A DNA stretch of 53,815 nucleotides, filler included, from Catajapyx aquilonaris (lineage: Eukaryota), in assembly GCA_000934665.2 (NCBI GenBank). It is 3 parts of 3 records of this genome, joined end to end, with 100 filler letters (N's around TTAATTAATTAA, not from the genome) between each part and the next. Parts side by side here need not be neighbours in the genome. Positions count along the whole stretch, not along the records: positions 1 to 17,893 come from JYFJ02006837.1; positions 17,994 to 35,852 come from JYFJ02006838.1; 1 more part is not named here. One strand, written 5' to 3'. Shown one piece after another: positions 12,449 through 24,400 of this stretch. The position numbers and the translations under genes were made by a program. Each line of letters begins with the position of its first letter. Within the stretch, counting starts at the first letter, position 1. Under the pieces are notes generated by a model, which saw only the letters and a program-made list of their open reading frames with translations, was not told the origin of the DNA and did no database searches.

Positions 12449-12523
12449 AGCAGAGCGTGGCTCTGTGGTAACGCGTCGGACTCTCGATTGAAGGGTCCTG
12501 GGATCTAATCCCGGGGCTTCTTC
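12449..12523 (+). other. Degenerate tRNA-like Pol III unit 2 (mirror copy at ~14103-14180, minus strand)
   Basis: AGCAGAG start, A box TGGCTCTGTGG, T-arm CTGGG-ATCTAAT-CCCGG. Confidence 0.45.
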
Positions 12524-15358
12524 GGTTGTGGTCAGGCAAAGAAAAAAAAATTTGCAGCCGACATCTCTGGCCAAGATGGCGACTGTTTCTCCGGTGAAAC
12601 ATCTTCCGAGTTGACACTTGGAGGATGTGGAGGAGAAGGGGGAGGGGTGGAGAGGGGGAGGAAGAGAGGGAAGGGGAGATTTTTTTTTTGGAAATTTTTA
12701 AGACACCTGCTTAATGGGAGGGGGCGGTCACTTTTTTCGAAGAAAAAAGTCTGAAATTTAATCATTCAAAAATTGAAGAATTCAGGTTTGTGTGGGCCAT
12801 CCCCAGCCCCCACCCTACCTCTGCCCAAGTGGGTGCATTTACCTTATACCTGGGAGTTCCATTCTCAAACCTATCACCCCTCCAAATATTTAATCCTACA
12901 ATTTAAACTATAGATCCTATAAAATAACCAGCACATGCAAATGATTCCGCACAATTTTTAGGTCATTTCCAATGTATTGTTTCAGGCCGACCTTTGACCT
13001 GAAAGGCCCTAATATTAGGTTTTTGGTCAGGGGAGAGGCCCCAACTCGGTCTCCATCTGTCGGGTCTCTCGTAATGAGACTGTACAGAGCACAGTACATA
13101 TAGATATACAGTATATATCTCTCGATGTGAGGTAGTATCCCCTAGCCAAATGTAGCAGTCCCAGTTGGCTGGTATCAGTATGAATGTGACGTAGGCGAGT
13201 GGTCACCTCTTGGGGTCATCAGGACGGACATTCGGCATCACCGTTTCGTGGCATTGCTTTATGGATTAATAAAATAATAAATCCCCACCCGCTTCTGCTG
13301 TGGGTGCTGGAGATGCGCAGATCGTTCGACGCGGTTTTAGATAGGCAAATTTTCGTGTAGCTTGGTCACCTTCCTGTCTCTTTGACCTTACATATTCCCC
13401 CTTTTCCGCCCCCGCCCCGCTACCCACAAGGACAGGCGGACTGCTACAGTACATTTGGCTGCCAGGCTAGGGGCATACCACGGGGCATACTATCTTCACA
13501 TCGAGAGATATATACTGTATATCTATGTACTGTGCTCTGTACAGTCTCATTACGAGAGACCCGACAGATGGAGACCGAGGTAGGGCCTCTCCCCTGACCA
13601 AAAACCGAATATTAGGGCCTTTCAGGTCAAAGGTCAGCCTGAAACAATACATTGGAAATGACCTAAAAATTGTGCCGAATCATTTGCATGTGCTGCTTAT
13701 TTTATAGGATCTATAGTTTAAATTGTAGGATTAAATATTTGGAGGGGTGATAGGTTTGAGAATGGAACTCCCAGGTATAAGGTAAATGCACCCACTTGGG
13801 CAGTGGTAGGGTGGGGGCTGGGGATGGCCCACACAAACCTGAATTCTTCAATTTTTTGAATGATTAAATTTAAGACTTTTTTCTTCGAAAAAAGTGACCG
13901 CACCCTCCCATTAAGCAGGTGTCTTAAAAATTTCAAAAAATAATTTCTCCCCTTCCCTCTCTTCCTCCCCCTCTCCACCCCTCCCCCCTTCTCCTCCGCA
14001 TCCTCCAAGTGCCAACCCGGAAGATGTTTCACCGGAGAAACAGCCGCCATCTTGGCCAGAGATGTCGGCTGCAAATTTTTTTTTCTTTGCCTGACCACAA
14101 CCGAAGAAGCCCCGGGATTAGATCCCAGGACCCTTCGATCGAGAGTCAGACGCGTTTCCACAGAGCCACGCTCAGCTGCAACGAAACTGTGGGTGGCAAG
14201 AAGGTCTAGCCTATTTACCAGATGCACTTCAAAGAGAAATAAATGTAAGATGCGAGATGAAGTCTGGCAGAGACAAAGGTCCATAGCGATAAAAAGAAAC
14301 GACGCCTTTTTTTCAGGATTCGATCCTTCAACCTTCAGGTTACGAAGAGAGAGTCTTAACCAATAGACCACTGCGCTACTTCGATACTGACACTCTCTCC
14401 AGCATGTACTTATTGTAAAGAAAGGGCGCCACAAAATTCAAGTCACCATAAAATATTGATAAAATATTTGATTTAGGTTACAATTTTCAGCCTTATTAGT
14501 GTGTTAAGTAAAAGAATGTGATAATTTGTGTTTCAGTTATATTAAGTAAAAAAGGCATATTCATTATACAGTATGTTATCAGAAACCATTATTTTCGCGG
14601 CTTTTCCAGTTTTCCCCGCCACTTCTTCCTTTTCGGTTTGGAATCCCTATTTTTACAACACAAAATGTAGCTGGTGATCAGTGCAAAACGGCAAAGCATT
14701 TACTTGTTACCATCGGCAGAAACTATGAACACTTAATTTCTTCTTTTTTTTCATCTTGATAAAAGGAGTGTTTTACTAAGTGTTTTGAAAAATGCTTTCG
14801 TTCGAGAGAATGGAGGAAAGAAATACAAAAATTATAATAAATTAATTGGCGAATTGAAATTGGGTGGAGGTCTTGGAGTTTTCTTTTTTTATATAACTTC
14901 AAGGGGAGGAAAGGGTTGAGTTAGTTTTATGATGTACAAGACATCACAGAAGACACAATAATCCCATCCCACATGTCCGCGGGGGGTCGCTTCTCTCACT
15001 CTCTTTTTCTCTCTCCCTCTCTTTGGCTCTAATCATCACATCATCATCATCATCATTGTCATCAGTCATCACACAAAAAACACAATGTCGCACCAAGCAT
15101 CCTCATGCGCCTTATATACTGGCACGAGTACTAAAACCTCGCCTCGTTCTATAGGCCTACTCATCATCTGACTTCTTTTTTTGTTGTTGTTTCAAATCTA
15201 TTTTTAAGCAATCAAGTCGATCGAGGCTTACATGCTATCAGGGGAGTCAAAGGTTGTGTATACTCCTTAGGTACTCCCAGGTACTCCTTGGTACTCCTTG
15301 GTACTACTTGAATTTGGTACTCCGGTGTACATTTTGCAGTCGAGTGGGTACCCCCTCG

Positions 15359-15470
15359 GGTTTCACTTTGTATTTCCTTTTTATTGTAAGCGTGCCAAAG
15401 GTTTTCCCTTTCATTTCTTCCATTGATTCTTCTCCCTTCTCTCTTGCTTTGTCACAAGTTACTGATATAT
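15359..15470 (-). pseudogene. Upstream part of the same Academ ORF, separated from the rest by the 8-bp-TSD insertion
   Basis: Reads VTCDKAREKGEESMEEMKGKTFGTLTIKRKYKVKP and joins in frame to LAGVSSAIRLG at 11210 once 11219-15358 and one TSD are removed. Confidence 0.8.
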
Positions 15471-16046
15471 GTCACCTACCAGTCCTGTTGATAAACCTAC
15501 ACCCACACCCACATCTTGGAAAATGCCCATCTTGGAAAATGGCGGCTGACATCCCATTTTTCGACATATATTGAACAAAGGAAATTAGATTTCTGGCATA
15601 ATGGCAAGGTTTATCAAAATAATGATAAGAATAGATTTTATGGGCAATTGCATAGCAAACATTTTTTGTTTAAAAAAACATTTTAATAACATCTGTATTT
15701 TCCGAGATAAGAGTGAAAAATTGGATTTCGGCCGCCATTTTTCAAGATGGCGGCCGTCGTACAGCGTGGATTTCAGAGGACTTTTAGTATGTTACAAGGG
15801 TGATCAAATACTACACATACACCAAATCTCTTGCTTGTAAGGATTTTTTTACATGACGCCAACATTTTGGTCTAAAATGACTGCACTATATAGGTCCGGT
15901 GGGAACGGCTGGAGGCATGCGACGGCCAAACCGACCAAAATCATCTTCCTAGGGGAACATATATGTTCGTGGGTCGCAAAGCATCTGGTCGCGCGACCGA
16001 GGCTCAAATCGTGAGGCGTAAACACTCGAGGGATCAGTCCCTCGGT

Positions 16047-17456
16047 AGTTGATCCATCGTACAACGGACTTGTTAAGAGCTGGACTTGGCCGGACTATTC
16101 ATACGCAATAATTAGGTCGGACTTGAGCCAGTAAACTACGCCTACTTGCAGGGTAGTAAGATGTTGAATTTTAAATACCTTATTGGTGATTCTCAAGGGG
16201 CCAGCCACGTATGGCTCCTTTCTGCCACCTCTGCTCCGAAGCCTTCTGAAAATCCCTCAACGGTGCCTGAATTATTTCTGCTTCTGGCGAGAGTATGTAG
16301 TACCTCAGCGCTTCAACAATTCAATTTAACTAAACCGAAAGCAAACAGACATACATGTCAATAAATGCAAATGAATTTCTATTATAATTATATTGCATTT
16401 GTGAATAGTCCCATACAGTATATGCGAAGCTTAGCCATAACGTCCTTAGAAGTAAATGTAAGTGCTCAAGAATCAAGAAATACTTACATCAACGTTAAGA
16501 ATAATATCGCTTTTCCCGCTAACTGCTTTCATCCGTGGTCAAATCTAACATAACAGACCTATTTATCGAAATATTTTGCAGGAACTGGGCAACGGCCCAT
16601 TTCAATAATTAAAATAATTCATAGTCATAAAATAAAAATAATAAGGTCCAAATAATACAGTTGCATACAAATAAATGCCCATGACAGCTTATCTAATTAT
16701 TATCGCATTTGTTACTACAGTAGTTCGATGCAGTAATTGGATGCCACAATGCAAAGGGCCATCTGTCAATTTCTACGAAAATGCTTTTATGGCATACTGT
16801 ACTTCCTCTTGTGGAAGTCCATCCGTATAAAATGCAAGAAGAGCCGAAATGTCACTTGTAATGCCTGAAAAAGGATTCCAACCGCATCGACGGACAAAAA
16901 CGCGATTTTTCGATAGCAGTGACTAACGTGATTGCCACTTGAAAAGAGCGATTTTAATACACTACAACTCTGTCCCTCGATTGACAATAGCGGTGATTTG
17001 TACCCGCGACGTGATTTTCGTCTACGCTCTATTTCTAAAGGACATGCGTTACTTTACCTTTTAGAACGTTCCCTCTGAGGAGCAGTGCTAAACCTAGTGA
17101 AAAATAAAGTAGACTTGTGGGTCTATATGTCCCCCAAAAATCTTTGACCTACGCCCTCGGGAAGTGGTCAAAAATGGCCGCTACTTTATAGACCTAGGTG
17201 GCATGGGAGACAAAAAAACATTAAAGGTCTCAGCCGTAATTAAATATAGTGTGTAATCACTCTGAGGCGACCACTATGTCTCATGTATATCATAATCATT
17301 CTTTTATTTTATCCTGAGACGGTTTACTCTACATATTTAAGCCAAAGAAACGATATAATGCAAGAAGGGCGCAATTGTGGGCATTAAAAGTATTTAAATA
17401 AAATATAAATTACATGCCGATTTCGATGAAAGTGCTGTCAGGTATTCATGTTGTAT
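16047..17456 (+). repeat. Host repeat block B, copy 2 (RTE-free)
   Basis: Colinear with 1984-2747 plus 3680-4335. Confidence 0.9.
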
Positions 17457-17665
17457 CGGAGCGGGTCATTTCACCGACACCCACCTGGCCGACAGGCCAT
17501 TTCACCGACAGACATTTCACCGACATACCCATTCCACCGACAGGCCATTTCACCGACATACTCATTTCACCGACATACCCATTCCACCGACAAGCCATTT
17601 CACCGACAAGGAGTTCCCCGACAGGGCGTTTCACCGACAGTCATTTGATCGACAAATTTACCCAC
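17457..17665. repeat. Tandem 15-17-bp CATTTCACCGACA array, probably the terminus of a foldback/MULE-like transposon
   Basis: About 12 units with 2-4-nt linkers. Starts exactly where block B homology stops. Confidence 0.65.
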
Positions 17666-17893
17666 ACAATTCCGATATGAAAACCATCCAGTCACTGGAG
17701 AGACGGGGTCCAGATCACACCTCATTTTCCCGTTTCCCACGAGAATATCTTTTAGCGAATCAGGTCGTCACCTACAGCTTCCCCGGTAAGCAGTTATTGT
17801 TGTCCGGGTGTCTGACTACAAGTATTTCATTCATGCAATGTAATTGGAAATGTATGCTCCGTTTATATTTTATAGAAATGGGATACATCTGTC

Positions 17894-17993
17894 NNNNNNN
17901 NNNNNNNNNNNNNNNNNNNNNNNNNNNNNNNNNNNNNTTAATTAATTAANNNNNNNNNNNNNNNNNNNNNNNNNNNNNNNNNNNNNNNNNNNN
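17894..17993. other. Artificial scaffold spacer N44-TTAATTAATTAA-N44
   Basis: The six-frame-stop linker is centred in an exactly 100-bp gap and is identical to 35853-35952. Confidence 0.95.
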
Positions 17994-18499
17994 CCCCCCC
18001 CCTGGATACGGCACTGATAAAAAGTGACATCCTGCGGGTTATGCCACCCCCCAACCAAGCGTGTTAGCCGATTCATCTAGTCCACAGGATATTCCCTGTC
18101 ATGTCATGTAATAAACAAAAATAATGTGCTATTATCTTCCTACGCCTTATGAAGCTGAAACTGGCAAAATCAAGAAGAGCAATTTTGTAAGATATTCACA
18201 AGGAGTGTGCTTCCTAGAATACCTCGTGAGTTTGGGAACTCCCTGCAAAGACGCCGCAAATGTTAGTGATAATGAAGTTAATCTTCATGCAACAAAATGC
18301 TAGTCATTCAGGAATGTGTGCAAACGTTATATGCTTACCAGGTTAAATCTTGACTTATTCAGTACCGGAGTAGTTTAAAAAAAATTGTTTCAAACAGAAA
18401 AAAATACTCAGAGATGGTCTTTTTTTCCTACAATGATGTGCAAAAATCGATGCATTTAAGTAATATTTTAACCAAACATGGTTTGTCACAAAGCTTGGA

Positions 18500-21400
18500 G
18501 CAATAAATTTCTAGAGGGTTTTTTAAAATTCATTTAAATGTCATTTCCTCCATGTTATCGTCTGCTGGTCAGTTGCATGGGGACGTCCTATGAGTCTTAT
18601 GTCGCGGCCAGCTTTTGGGCATGTGGTGCTTTGGTTTTCCTTCTTTTGCATGCAGTGACAGCACGAAAAGTGTCAAGCAAAAAAAATCATGACAGATTCG
18701 GATCCCATTGTCGGTATGCCATAAAAGTCATCCGATTTGGCTCTGCTTTTGGCACCTTCCAAGAATTGCGAAACTTATTATGACGAAAGGATTCTCCCAC
18801 TCTGTGGTATGGAGAAACACCGTCCAAATGCCGCCAGTTTAAGAGTTACGACATGGTTGTGCGGCATGAAAGGAAGCAGCTGGGCACTTTCGTCTGGAAG
18901 AACAGGCCTCCATCGCATACGAGCGACCAGGGGCAAGAACCCAGGACCTTCCGCATGCCAATCCTGCACGCGAACTACCCACACTAAAAATATACAACCT
19001 CCGAAATTGATTTCTAGCATTAATCATTCCAGCCATTATTACGTTGACCCAACATCATATTTGCAATCGGCCCAAATAAGAAGCATAAGCTTACATAATG
19101 AACTCCCGACACATTAACGACATGGTTGCGAGATGGTAACAGCATTAAGCTCATCAGGAGGAACACTAATCAACCCTCCTCCCTTAGGTTTATGATCTCA
19201 TAGTCCCTTATCTGCAGTGAATGAAGGCGTAAGCAGACAGGCCAGGTAATTGCTTTCCTGTTCCCTCGGTAATCAGTAAGGATCCTTTTTTATCCGTGCC
19301 TCTCACCAATTTCGTGACGTGCCTATTTCGACCTAACATGCATCGGAAAACGCACTATCCGCCTGATATGCCCCCACGGCTCGATATTTGACAACCAAGG
19401 CACTGGATGCTGATTAGAGGCCAGTTCGGGGCCCTTTTTACAGCCCATAATTACGCCAGTCGTAAACCAGGGCACAAAACAGTAACGTGGGCCTGGCGCA
19501 CTACAGGCTGTTTCTGAAACAAGTGCATTCCATCCAAGGCATCACCGTTGTTCGGAGCAGCAGGTGACACACCCTGTGCACTACTTGACAGGGGGCAGAT
19601 CACTGTCCCCAATACAGTGGGTGTGTCCTACGGTGTTTAATAAATATACTATCGGAAGGGCTATCTGTCCGTCCACCGCCTCTGGGGGCAAAGAACTAAT
19701 CATTGTCCGTTCCTGGAATTAAAGCAGACCCCTGCAGAGTGGTGATGGGCCTTCCAGGTGGGCCATGCTTCACATACCTCATTTCGGGCCGGCTTTATAG
19801 TTGCCGACGGAATGTTACTGGGAGGAAGAGGAAGGTTTTTAGGTCTAAATTGGTCAGAGCACTGGTTACACCATCGCGGCACGATAATACGGATATTTAG
19901 TGCAGGGAGGCTGGAAAAATCACGGAGTCATGGGCACCAATGCTGCCAATTAGTTACGAAAGAACCTTGTAATATGTCACGCCTCTCTTATCACGGGATT
20001 TTTTGAAGGAAGGTTTAAGAAACAATAGGGTGTTTGCACTTTGGTTTGGTTGATTAATATTTTTTTTTGCATGGGCACCCCTGCTTCCTCCGTATATATA
20101 AATAGCTGCTATACTAAATGGCGTTAATTTCACACTGCTTTGACAAAAACTATTTATGTCTAGTGACAAGTCGTTGTCAGCCACCTTTATTGACCCGTGA
20201 AAAACCAACTTGGAGCGAGAATTGGGTCTATTTCTAGCGGAATGCAGAGAGTCCCTCTAAAATGGATGCTTTCAACACATATATTAATGTCGAGGGTCCA
20301 CATTTTTTTTCTCTAAATGGTAGGGGTCTGACTTGGAAGTGTTCAGGATCAGAGTGACTGGAGGTACAGGCATCATTCGATACCTCACAGCACGGCCTTG
20401 TAGCCAATGAAGAATCCATTAGGAAGCCTTTGCTTTTCTTTTTATCGAACCTTCTCCGTGTAATAAAGTAGTGGTAGGGACTAGCACAAAAGAAACAGTT
20501 GCTCTTGTTTCCAATTGGCCAAATCACACCTCATAACCTACATCAAAGTGTGTGATTGCTCTAGAAAAGTGCTGGAAAAAGGGATTATTGAAGGTAGAAC
20601 ATGAAACAACATTTCTTCTACTTCTTCCAAATGGCGGGATGATAACGGGCTCTTTCATTAGTGAACTGGAAAATGGTGCAAGGCTCCGTTTCCGTGCGGG
20701 AGATAAATCTGCACTGGCGTTGCCCACCTTCTACGGGCCAATTTGGGGGCCTTCATATCTACCTTTTTGCCAACCGTGGGCGTGCGGTTTATCACGATCG
20801 CCCACCCCACGTTTCGAGAAGGCAACCTGACATACCGTCAAATATCACAGGAGTAGTCATTGCGTCCGATTCAGGTCCGGTATATCGATTGAAATCGATA
20901 GAATTTATGGCGGTGCTCAGCAGTTACAACGCCAAACGGGGTGTGCGTTTTCTAAGCTGACAACTTAATCACAAGGCACTAATCCAACCAGGTACGATTA
21001 AAGAAAATAAATAATTTCTGGATTTATGCAACCAAAAAATATTCGAGAGCATTAATTAAGTGGCGGGAGGTTCAAAATTTTTGCGAAGGAAAATCGCGTG
21101 ATGCGGCGTATTACGGGTCGTAAAGTGTAAGTAACCTGACGTGCATTCCAGAAAGGTAGTGGTCGTAGGGGGGGGATTATATAGCCGAAGTTATAGGCCT
21201 AGTTTGGGAAGGCAGATCCGGAACATGCTGCGTGTGGTTTTTTTTCCACTGGTCGCAAGAAGCCCGCCCAAAGAGTCATATAGGAACGTGCTGGCAACAA
21301 TCGCAAGGAAAGCGACAGACAACCCAAATGACGTGCTAAACCAGCCCGCTGACAGAGTGACATGTGAAATCATTTCAAGGTCTGCGTAATACAATGTTAC

Positions 21401-24400
21401 CTCATGCGGTGAACGTGAGGTGGAAATATGTACTGTAATACTTGACTAGATGGGAATTAAAAGGTTGCTTCAACAGCCGCTATTCGATATAGAAATTGTT
21501 GCAAATGGATGCACAGAATTATTTTTTGTACTTCGCTTATTATTGCACGTTGGCATCTGAGCGGCTCATATAGTGGTTGTTTCAGATATATTATTTAGTC
21601 ACGTAAACTAATAAAGTAGGTTTTATATACGCCTATTTGCAAGAAGAGCCTGCTCCTAATTATAATTATCTGATACATGTTACAATCAGGAATTTGGGCG
21701 TGACCACTGATGACTTCTCCCTATAGTTTTTCTGTCCCCTTGAAATAGCTTTCAACTGACTCAATAACGCAATTCTTAAATTTCCGTCTAAAGCATACTT
21801 TATGTAAAACGGAAAAATTATATTATTTACAAATTGATCAACTGGAAAAAAATCCACTCATATGCTATTTCATATGTTTCAAGAGTGCTGCACATAGGAT
21901 GATTAGAAAATCACACAAAATAATCAAGTGTCCATAATCCATTTTCGTGACCCTAATAATATGGCCCACCTGAGCAACGACATGAGCGAAGACATGGCAG
22001 AGGACAAAACTGCCTGGAGAGAGAGAGAGAGAGACCTACCGCCGTTTAATTTATGAGCGGCATGGTTTCACGTCACCAGAGACAAGTGGATGACATGTGG
22101 CATGTTTCAGCTCCTTCTTCCAGGAGCATCCCAATGCCAAGGCAGATTTGGGGTGAAAAGTGCCCCTACCTCCAGCAGCAGCCATCGTTTTGTCACAGGT
22201 TGACTTTTTTTGGCCATCATGCAGCATCATAGACCCCAGCATGACGCGGCGACGCCCATCATGAGGACCACCCCTGGCGTCTGATGAGGTTCATCTTAAC
22301 GGTTTTGGGCTGCTCGTGTCTACAATTCCGGACCGGCGATAAATTGGCGTCCGGGATAGCAGGGGATTTCACGTAAAACGCATCTTAATGACGACAGGTT
22401 TCCCTTGAGCGGCCCCCTCTGCTGCTTTTCCGCCCCAACCACATAATTGTCCCGCAGGTTCATTTAACGGTGGCTTTCGCTAATTAGCCAGAAAACTAGA
22501 TCGGACTATTCCAGAGGTGATGGAGTGCCAAATTTTTTTGTATAACCGAATTTCAATCAAGAAATTAGTTTGAACAAAAAAAAACATTTGCATGTGAGGT
22601 GTCAGCACAATGCCTGATTGCCATAATAATTAATAAAAAAAATCTTGGAATATGTTGAGTGAGAGGTAATACACAGAAAGCAAACACCGGAAACTGGACT
22701 GCAGCAAAAAATTGCAATCCTGAGGTTTCGTTGTGGGTTAAGACCTCAGAAAGGCTGCACGCGGGGCATAATATTAGGTCGAAAATTATCAGCAACGAGT
22801 GGAACATATCAGCATATGAAGTTTACGTTACTCATTGGCAGTTTTATTTGCTAGTGTGGCTTATTTTATGATTGCAATATCGGTTACACTCCCTAAAGGT
22901 TTTCAAACTCTCGCACCTATTTTTATCTTTGAGTGAAAAATTTCTTCCGACTGACGCAATCCATCAAATCTCGAATTACGTCAATTGCAGAAAACTATTT
23001 AATCAATTAATTTTTTTGAATGACGCTCATTCAAGACCACTGGCTGCTACTACTACTTATGGTGCAGAAAGACTGAAAACCACATTTAACATATTTACGT
23101 AAAATCTGAAGTTGTCCATATTTGTGAAATGATGTTTATAATTTCCGGAAAAAAATAACACGTTCTCACGGATCTCACGGGTTAAAAAGCACTCGAGGTG
23201 GGAATTAGGACGGATAGAGTTTCAGGATCAGCTTCGAAACCCATCCGGAAAATAAAATTTCATGCTAGAAAAGCCGCCACTTTTCCGGAGCTTGAACTTG
23301 ATCTGGAAGACATCAGGAGACTAGGCGAGAACGTCTTGGGAAAGCCAAGAAGCTTGCACAAAGTTTTTCAGCATGAATAATTTGCTAGATGTGAGTGACT
23401 GTGAGAGGCGGCGTAAAGATTGTCGTGCGTTCCGATTTTCGAAGGAATTTCACATTCCGGACGCTGGTTTCTCGCATGGTTTTTATCTGATCCACCGTCA
23501 GAGCACGTATGTGGTCAAAAACATGATTGGGGACGAGTAATGATGGCTGGACTCTGCAGCATCGCAGTGAGTTTGTCTTCTGGGAGTCATGAAAGTAGTG
23601 CGGAACCGGTCATAACACGTACTGACATTGGACCTTTCCGAATCATGTTTCTAGTCACGTGATCTTTATTGGAGGAACAAAAAAAGCAGTGAAACCAATA
23701 GCCTACTTTAAATGTAAATATCTGGGATCACCAGAGAAGCTACCTATTGGAGACAGCAATCAAGACCACATTCACTTGTCGTAATTGGTGGTTGCTGGGA
23801 CTGGCTACTTGGGCAGTAAGCCACCCTGTATGGTAGTCTACCTACTATAAACCTATAAACACGAGCAATGCAGTTGCTGTCATTGCATATGGCTATTATG
23901 CAGACAGGTATACTGTGCGATTTACAATTTGCTGCATATTATACTACCATCTGCAACTTTCTTCCTGATAATCCATGCTAAAACAATAGGAAATAAAATT
24001 ATAAATTCTCATACTACCTAGTAATAAACTGAGGCTAAATCATTTTATGCCATATCAAAGTACATACTAGTTGAACTAAAATGGCAAAAAAATACTGGCA
24101 ATACTTCGCCAGCGACAAGTAATTAACTCCTTTGGAAAAAACACAATTGCTTTGAACAAACAACAAACTACAAATCAATTCAGGAAATTCAGCTTGAAAA
24201 TTCCAGTTCGTTTCCTTTTCTTAAAAATGAATAGTTGAGACCCCCAGACTGTTATTTTACATCGATTATGCCGTCCGAAACTACCACCCTGCTGAGAAGT
24301 GCAAACAAAACTAAACAACAAAAACTCAAAACCGGACTGCTTCAAACCACGAGTTAGCATCGCAAATGGCACTTCCTGAAAGTGAAGTTCTGGAGCGAGA

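Larger units (their letters stand above)
11626..14628. repeat. Large inverted repeat with ~1.2-kb arms (11626-13161 including an RTE insert; 13438-14628) and a ~276-bp spacer
   Basis: Mirror-image ORF pairs in the ORF track (12266..12574- / 14052..14366+; 12917..13099- / 13525..13707+) and a direct reverse-complement match. Confidence 0.92.
11219..15358. mobile_element. Non-autonomous TIR element with an 8-bp TSD (P- or hAT-like)
   Basis: TSD GGTTTCAC (11211-11218, 15359-15366). Termini CAAGGGGGTACTC / GGGTACCCCCTCG. Subterminal GGTACTCC arrays at 11225-11300 and 15260-15325. No transposase seen. Confidence 0.8.
8736..15888 (-). mobile_element. Academ (AcademX-type) DNA transposon remnant
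   Basis: Termini TAGTGCAGTCATTTTA / TAAAATGACTGCACTA with 3-bp TSD TAT (8733-8735, 15889-15891). ~320-bp subterminal inverted repeats (8765-9085 vs 15527-15850). Contains a decayed XPG/PIN-like and Cys-rich coding region. Confidence 0.82.
8581..16046. mobile_element. Outer inverted-repeat element (MITE-like) split by the Academ insertion; exact ends uncertain
   Basis: 8661-8732 (TGCTTACGCCCTCACGATTTGAGCCTCGGTCGC...) is the reverse complement of ~15952-16024. Possible termini are CCGAGGG (8581) and CCCTCGG (16045), with AGTT on both sides. Confidence 0.5.

Noticed and set aside
13718..14434. Longest ORF in the track (238 aa, minus strand)
   Set aside because: It runs through tRNA-like heads and low-complexity tracts of a palindrome arm, the mirror arm is frameshifted, and no protein motif is present.
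17457..17665. CRISPR-like array of CATTTCACCGACA repeats
   Set aside because: Linkers are only 2-4 nt, there are no unique spacers or cas genes, and the context is eukaryotic. It fits transposon subterminal repeats.
17938..17949. TTAATTAATTAA as a biological motif or piggyBac site
   Set aside because: It is an assembly linker embedded in Ns.
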